From a virus (Duplodnaviria; Caudoviricetes), in the IMG/VR virus record IMGVR_UViG_3300015190_000004, positions 1 through 43,558 of that record: a stretch of 43,558 nt of DNA. One strand, 5' to 3'. The position numbers were made by a program, and so were the translations under genes. Below are positions 40,380-43,558 of the stretch, piece by piece (within the stretch, counting starts at the first letter, position 1; each line of letters opens with the position of its first letter). The notes below the pieces were generated by a model. That model was not told where the DNA came from and made no database searches. It saw nothing but the letters and a program-made list of their open reading frames with translations.

Positions 40380-40579
40380 GCGACCTGACGGGCAAGGACT
40401 TTCACATCGGCATCTGCCGGAAGTGTGGCCGGTACGGCCAGCTCTCCGCTGAGGGTCGGGTCTGCGCCCTTGCCGAGCCAGTCGGCATCGTCGGTGAGGA
40501 CTTCTATCGCCGAGTGAGGGCCTGCGGGCGCATCGCTGACCGCAGGGCCGACCGAGTCAACGGGAGGGCGTCGTGAGCG
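40350..40579 (+). repeat. 33-bp direct repeats bracketing one gene
   Basis: GCCGACCGAGTCAACGGGAGGGC(T/G)TCGTGAGCG at 40350-40382 and 40547-40579. Confidence 0.92.
40376..40576 (+). CDS. Small Cys-rich protein between direct repeats
   Basis: CRKC...C...C; also ends ADRVNGRAS. Confidence 0.65.
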   Translation: MSDLTGKDFHIGICRKCGRYGQLSAEGRVCALAEPVGIVGEDFYRRVRACGRIADRRADRVNGRAS

Positions 40580-40734
40580 GCGCCTACACCGTGCTGCCGA
40601 ACGGGCTAGCCGTGCATTGGCACTGGCCGACGCTCGACGAGTGCTCCGACCAGCCCTGCGCCAAGCAGAAGGCGAGCAAGGCCCAGCTCGACGACTTCGC
40701 CGAGGCCATTGCCAAGCACAAAGCGGAGCGATGA
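40573..40734 (+). CDS. Hypothetical protein (53 aa; not in ORF track)
   Basis: MSGAYTVLPNGLAVHWHWPTLDEC...; coupled both sides. Confidence 0.6.
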   Translation: MSGAYTVLPNGLAVHWHWPTLDECSDQPCAKQKASKAQLDDFAEAIAKHKAER

Positions 40735-40865
40735 GGCCCTGCGACCGCTGCCACCTCATCGCCCACCAGAAGGCGGCGGTGCTGATCGGGGCCAAGGCCT
40801 ACGGGTTCTGCTCCGTCGCCTGCTTCGTGCTCTGGACGAGGGCGAAGTGGATGGAGGCGGCATGA
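40731..40865 (+). CDS. Small CxxC...FCSxxC (TRASH/YHS-like) protein
   Basis: MRPCDRC...YGFCSVAC. Confidence 0.6.
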   Translation: MRPCDRCHLIAHQKAAVLIGAKAYGFCSVACFVLWTRAKWMEAA

Positions 40866-40965
40866 CCGCCGAGGCACGGCGAGCGATCACAGACAGCACC
40901 GCCCCGGGGCGCAATCCCGAGGCGGCGGAACGGGCGACCGCAATCGCCCAAGAAGGAGCATAGAC

Positions 40966-41316
40966 ATGTGCCCTCAGAAGTACGGCTATCGAGCCGACAT
41001 GGAAGCCGGCGGAGACCGGCAGCCCTGTGTTGTCTGCGACAACCCTCGGCCGTCGTTCTCCTGGACTGACGCTCACGGAGAGGGCTACTGCACACGGTGC
41101 GGCACGCCCTACCAGATCAAGGGCGTCGATCAGCCGACGTGCAACATCAAGGACGACGCCATTCCAATCTTGCGTGCCTTCTGGGCGGAGACGCAATCGC
41201 CGAACGGTCTCGGCACCTTCTGGGGTTGGGATGACTACCCCGACCAACTGGCAGGCCGGCGCCGGTTCAACGAGTGGGACAAGAAGCGGAACAGCGAATC
41301 GGCGGAGGTGGCGTGA
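40966..41316 (+). CDS. Zn-ribbon protein
   Basis: RBS AAGGAG; CVVC...CTRC. Confidence 0.7.
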   Translation: MCPQKYGYRADMEAGGDRQPCVVCDNPRPSFSWTDAHGEGYCTRCGTPYQIKGVDQPTCNIKDDAIPILRAFWAETQSPNGLGTFWGWDDYPDQLAGRRRFNEWDKKRNSESAEVA

Positions 41317-41924
41317 TGGCGGTCACCGACCTCAGCGAGTTGGCCGCTCACGTCGACCACGAGGTGCGGGAGGCGCTGCGGATACCGGCGCTCGACGCCT
41401 GCCGGGCCATCCTGCGCGAGTGCGGCATCCGTGCCGCACGGCGGGCGCTGGACGAGGCCCCGGAGCAGCTGGGCATGGCCCAGGTGGCGCTCCGCCAGGC
41501 CCAGGGCGCCGAGCAGGCGGCCCGGGAAGCGCTCACCGGGGCGATGCTGGAAGCGGACTGGTCCCTCGACGGGCAGATTCACTCGGAGGGCAATAAACGC
41601 TACCGCTGGGTCGACTGCGACTGCGACGGTGCGCCCTTCGTCGGCGTGCCCGACTGCCCGGTGTGCAAGGGCGACGGCAAGTTCCGGCGCTTCCTGCTCG
41701 CCGACGACGTGAAGGCGTGGAAGGCGTCCGAGGCGGCCAAGGTGCCGGCGGTCAGCGCCGCCGCATCCGCCCTGCGGGTCGCCGAGGAGAACACCGCCGC
41801 CGCCCGTGACGGCGTGACCCTCGCTGAGAAGAAGCTCAGCGCCCGCCGTACTGACCTGGAAGCGGCGATCGCCGAACTCCAAGCCCTCTCGATCGGCCTG
41901 ACGGCCAAGGAGACAGCACGATGA
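41316..41924 (+). CDS. Antiparallel coiled-coil protein with central Zn-finger insert
   Basis: Two long Ala/Glu helices flanking CDC...CPVCKGDG. Confidence 0.75.
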   Translation: MAVTDLSELAAHVDHEVREALRIPALDACRAILRECGIRAARRALDEAPEQLGMAQVALRQAQGAEQAAREALTGAMLEADWSLDGQIHSEGNKRYRWVDCDCDGAPFVGVPDCPVCKGDGKFRRFLLADDVKAWKASEAAKVPAVSAAASALRVAEENTAAARDGVTLAEKKLSARRTDLEAAIAELQALSIGLTAKETAR

Positions 41925-42736
41925 GCACCAAGACCGACAACACGCCCGCCGTGGTCCCTGCGGCCACGCTCGCCACGAACGCCGGGGCGCTGATCGCCAC
42001 CGACGATGACTGGCAGGACGTCTCCGACGGCGACAGCTCGCCGCCAACGGCGCAGAGCATCCCGCTGCTGCACCTCAACCGCAAGAGCGACGGCGGCTTC
42101 CTCGACACCGACACCGGCGAGGTCACGCAGCGCATCGACTTCGTGTGGCTGGCAAAGGGGACGAGCCGGGCGTACTGGGACAAGCCCTTCGGGCAGGGCG
42201 ACAAAGCCCCGACGTGCCGCAGCACCGACGGGGTGAGGCCCGACCCCAACTCGCCCGACGTGCAGGCCGAGACGTGCGCCGGCTGCCCGAACAGCCGCTG
42301 GGACGGCGACAACCCCCCGACGTGCAAGCTCTCCATCGAGGCCATGGTCTTCGTGCCCTCAGGTGAGGGCGTGGGGCACCTGGCCCGGGTGCGGTGGGGC
42401 GGCATGGCCGTGGCGCCGGCGCAGGCGTACTGGGACAGCTTCAGCGCCAGGATGCCGCGGCGTCCCGCCATCGCCTTCCTGTCGTCGGCCGAGCTCGAGC
42501 CGGAGAAGACGCCCAACGGCACCTTCCTGGTGCCGAAGTTCTCCCGGTCGCTGGAACTGAGCCGGGCCGACGCCCAGCCCCTCATCGACGAGCGTGACCG
42601 CCGCCTGGCGGAGTGGAAGACCACCGTGGCCGAGGACGTCGCCACCGGCGCCACACGCGAGGAGTCCCCGTCCGCACCGGCCGGCGGCTCGCCCGAGGGC
42701 ACGTACCTGCTCGACGACGGCTCGGAGCCGTTCTGA
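41921..42736 (+). CDS. Putative single-stranded DNA-binding protein (4-Cys type)
   Basis: RAYW, PTCRSTDG, CAGCP, CK; acidic tail ending DDGSEPF like SSB C-termini. Confidence 0.65.
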   Translation: MSTKTDNTPAVVPAATLATNAGALIATDDDWQDVSDGDSSPPTAQSIPLLHLNRKSDGGFLDTDTGEVTQRIDFVWLAKGTSRAYWDKPFGQGDKAPTCRSTDGVRPDPNSPDVQAETCAGCPNSRWDGDNPPTCKLSIEAMVFVPSGEGVGHLARVRWGGMAVAPAQAYWDSFSARMPRRPAIAFLSSAELEPEKTPNGTFLVPKFSRSLELSRADAQPLIDERDRRLAEWKTTVAEDVATGATREESPSAPAGGSPEGTYLLDDGSEPF

Positions 42737-42738
42737 CC

Positions 42739-43038
42739 ATGAGCGCCGACGTTCTGCCGCACGGTAACGGGGCGAGTGGATCGACCCGAACGGAAGGGGG
42801 CCTGCGCTGCGCTTCCGACTTTGGAGAGGGTGACAGCGTTTCAAGGCCGAATCCCCGTGCGGCTGTTTCAACCGTCGTCGTCAAGGCGACCCGGGAGGAT
42901 GGGGCCGAGGTGGCTGCGGTCCACCAGTGCCCCCCTACGAGCGAGGACGTGCGCCGCATCGCCGCTCTGGCCTCCATGCCCGGCCTGGCCGGCGCCGGCG
43001 TCACCTGGAGCGCCACGCCCGGGGATAGCAGCCGATGA
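42739..43038 (+). CDS. Hypothetical protein
   Basis: Fills gap, ATGA-coupled to next gene; weak codon bias. Confidence 0.45.
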   Translation: MSADVLPHGNGASGSTRTEGGLRCASDFGEGDSVSRPNPRAAVSTVVVKATREDGAEVAAVHQCPPTSEDVRRIAALASMPGLAGAGVTWSATPGDSSR

Positions 43039-43558
43039 CTCATCATTTGGACCTCTCGACGGTCGTGCTTTCCAGCGGGGCTCATAGCGACGGACCCGAA
43101 GGCGGGCAGGGCTGCATCATGGAGTGGACGGCCTACTTCGCCCACGAGCCGTGGAGCGACCACCCGCAGTGCGTCTCGCTCGTGATCGGGGCGTTCCTGC
43201 GCAGGTGGAACGACGACCTCGACGACGCCGGCCGCCAGAAGCTCGTCCCATACATCGCCAAGGTGGTCGGCACCAACACCGGCAGGGCCGACGACGAGCG
43301 TCGCGGCTGGCTGGTCACCGACTGGATGGTGCGGACCTACCTGCCGGCGTGGCTGCGCCTTGCCAACCTCGGCGAGCAGGCATCCGCAGTCGAGGCGCTG
43401 CCCGAGCTGGTCGACCCGGCCACATGGCGGGCAATGGCCGGGACAGTGGAGGGCGTCCGTCAGGACGCCCGAGCCGCAGGGGACGCCGCAGGGGCCGCCG
43501 CAGGGGCCGCCGCACGGGACGCCGCACGGGCCGCCGCACGGGCCGCCGCAGGGGACGC
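43035..43558 (+). CDS. 5' part of AA(W/R/G)(A/D) repeat protein (continues at nt 1-199)
   Basis: MTHHLDLSTVVLSSGAH...CIMEWTAYFAHEPWSDHPQCVS...WNDDLDD...; open frame to window end; 7 repeat units at 43473-43556. Confidence 0.85.
   Translation, partial: MTHHLDLSTVVLSSGAHSDGPEGGQGCIMEWTAYFAHEPWSDHPQCVSLVIGAFLRRWNDDLDDAGRQKLVPYIAKVVGTNTGRADDERRGWLVTDWMVRTYLPAWLRLANLGEQASAVEALPELVDPATWRAMAGTVEGVRQDARAAGDAAGAAAGAAARDAARAAARAAAGD

Larger units (their letters stand above)
1..43558. mobile_element. Temperate HK97-like siphovirus genome, apparently complete and circularly permuted; probable actinobacterial host
   Basis: Full set of packaging, head, tail, lysis, integration, immunity and replication genes; no host genes; last 2 nt (gc) + first nt (c) continue one reading frame and one repeat unit. 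Confidence 0.92.

Overview
The window looks like a complete, circularly permuted genome (~43.6 kb, high GC) of a temperate HK97-type siphovirus. The host is probably an actinobacterium, judged from the WhiB gene, an actinophage-type tail tube and holin, and GC3-biased codons. The two ends join in frame inside a 12-bp tandem repeat gene (43035->199). Early/replication operon (39770->43558, 1->9743): Cro-like, SSB-like, RuvC, SLT lipoprotein, SNF2 helicase, HNH, DNA methyltransferase, frameshifted WhiB, primase-helicase and an iteron-rich origin. Packaging and head: HNH, TerS, split TerL, Sm-like protein, portal, protease, capsid. Then neck/fibre and tail genes (chaperone with -1 frameshift, tape measure, tailspike), a lysis cassette (amidase, papain-like peptidase, holins), a small leftward cassette, and integrase plus repressor. 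Most notable: (i) AT-rich synonymous 'recoded' patches sitting on the most conserved motifs of capsid, helicases and integrase; (ii) small genes bracketed by 32-33-bp direct repeats that contain the stop-RBS-start junction; (iii) a membrane-anchored Sm/Hfq-like protein in the head operon with structured RNAs around the capsid gene; (iv) a probable integration-dependent immunity switch with a perfect DnaA box in the repressor promoter; (v) a 34-bp duplication that switches WhiB into a fusion ORF. All functional calls come from motif recognition by eye; no database searches were run.
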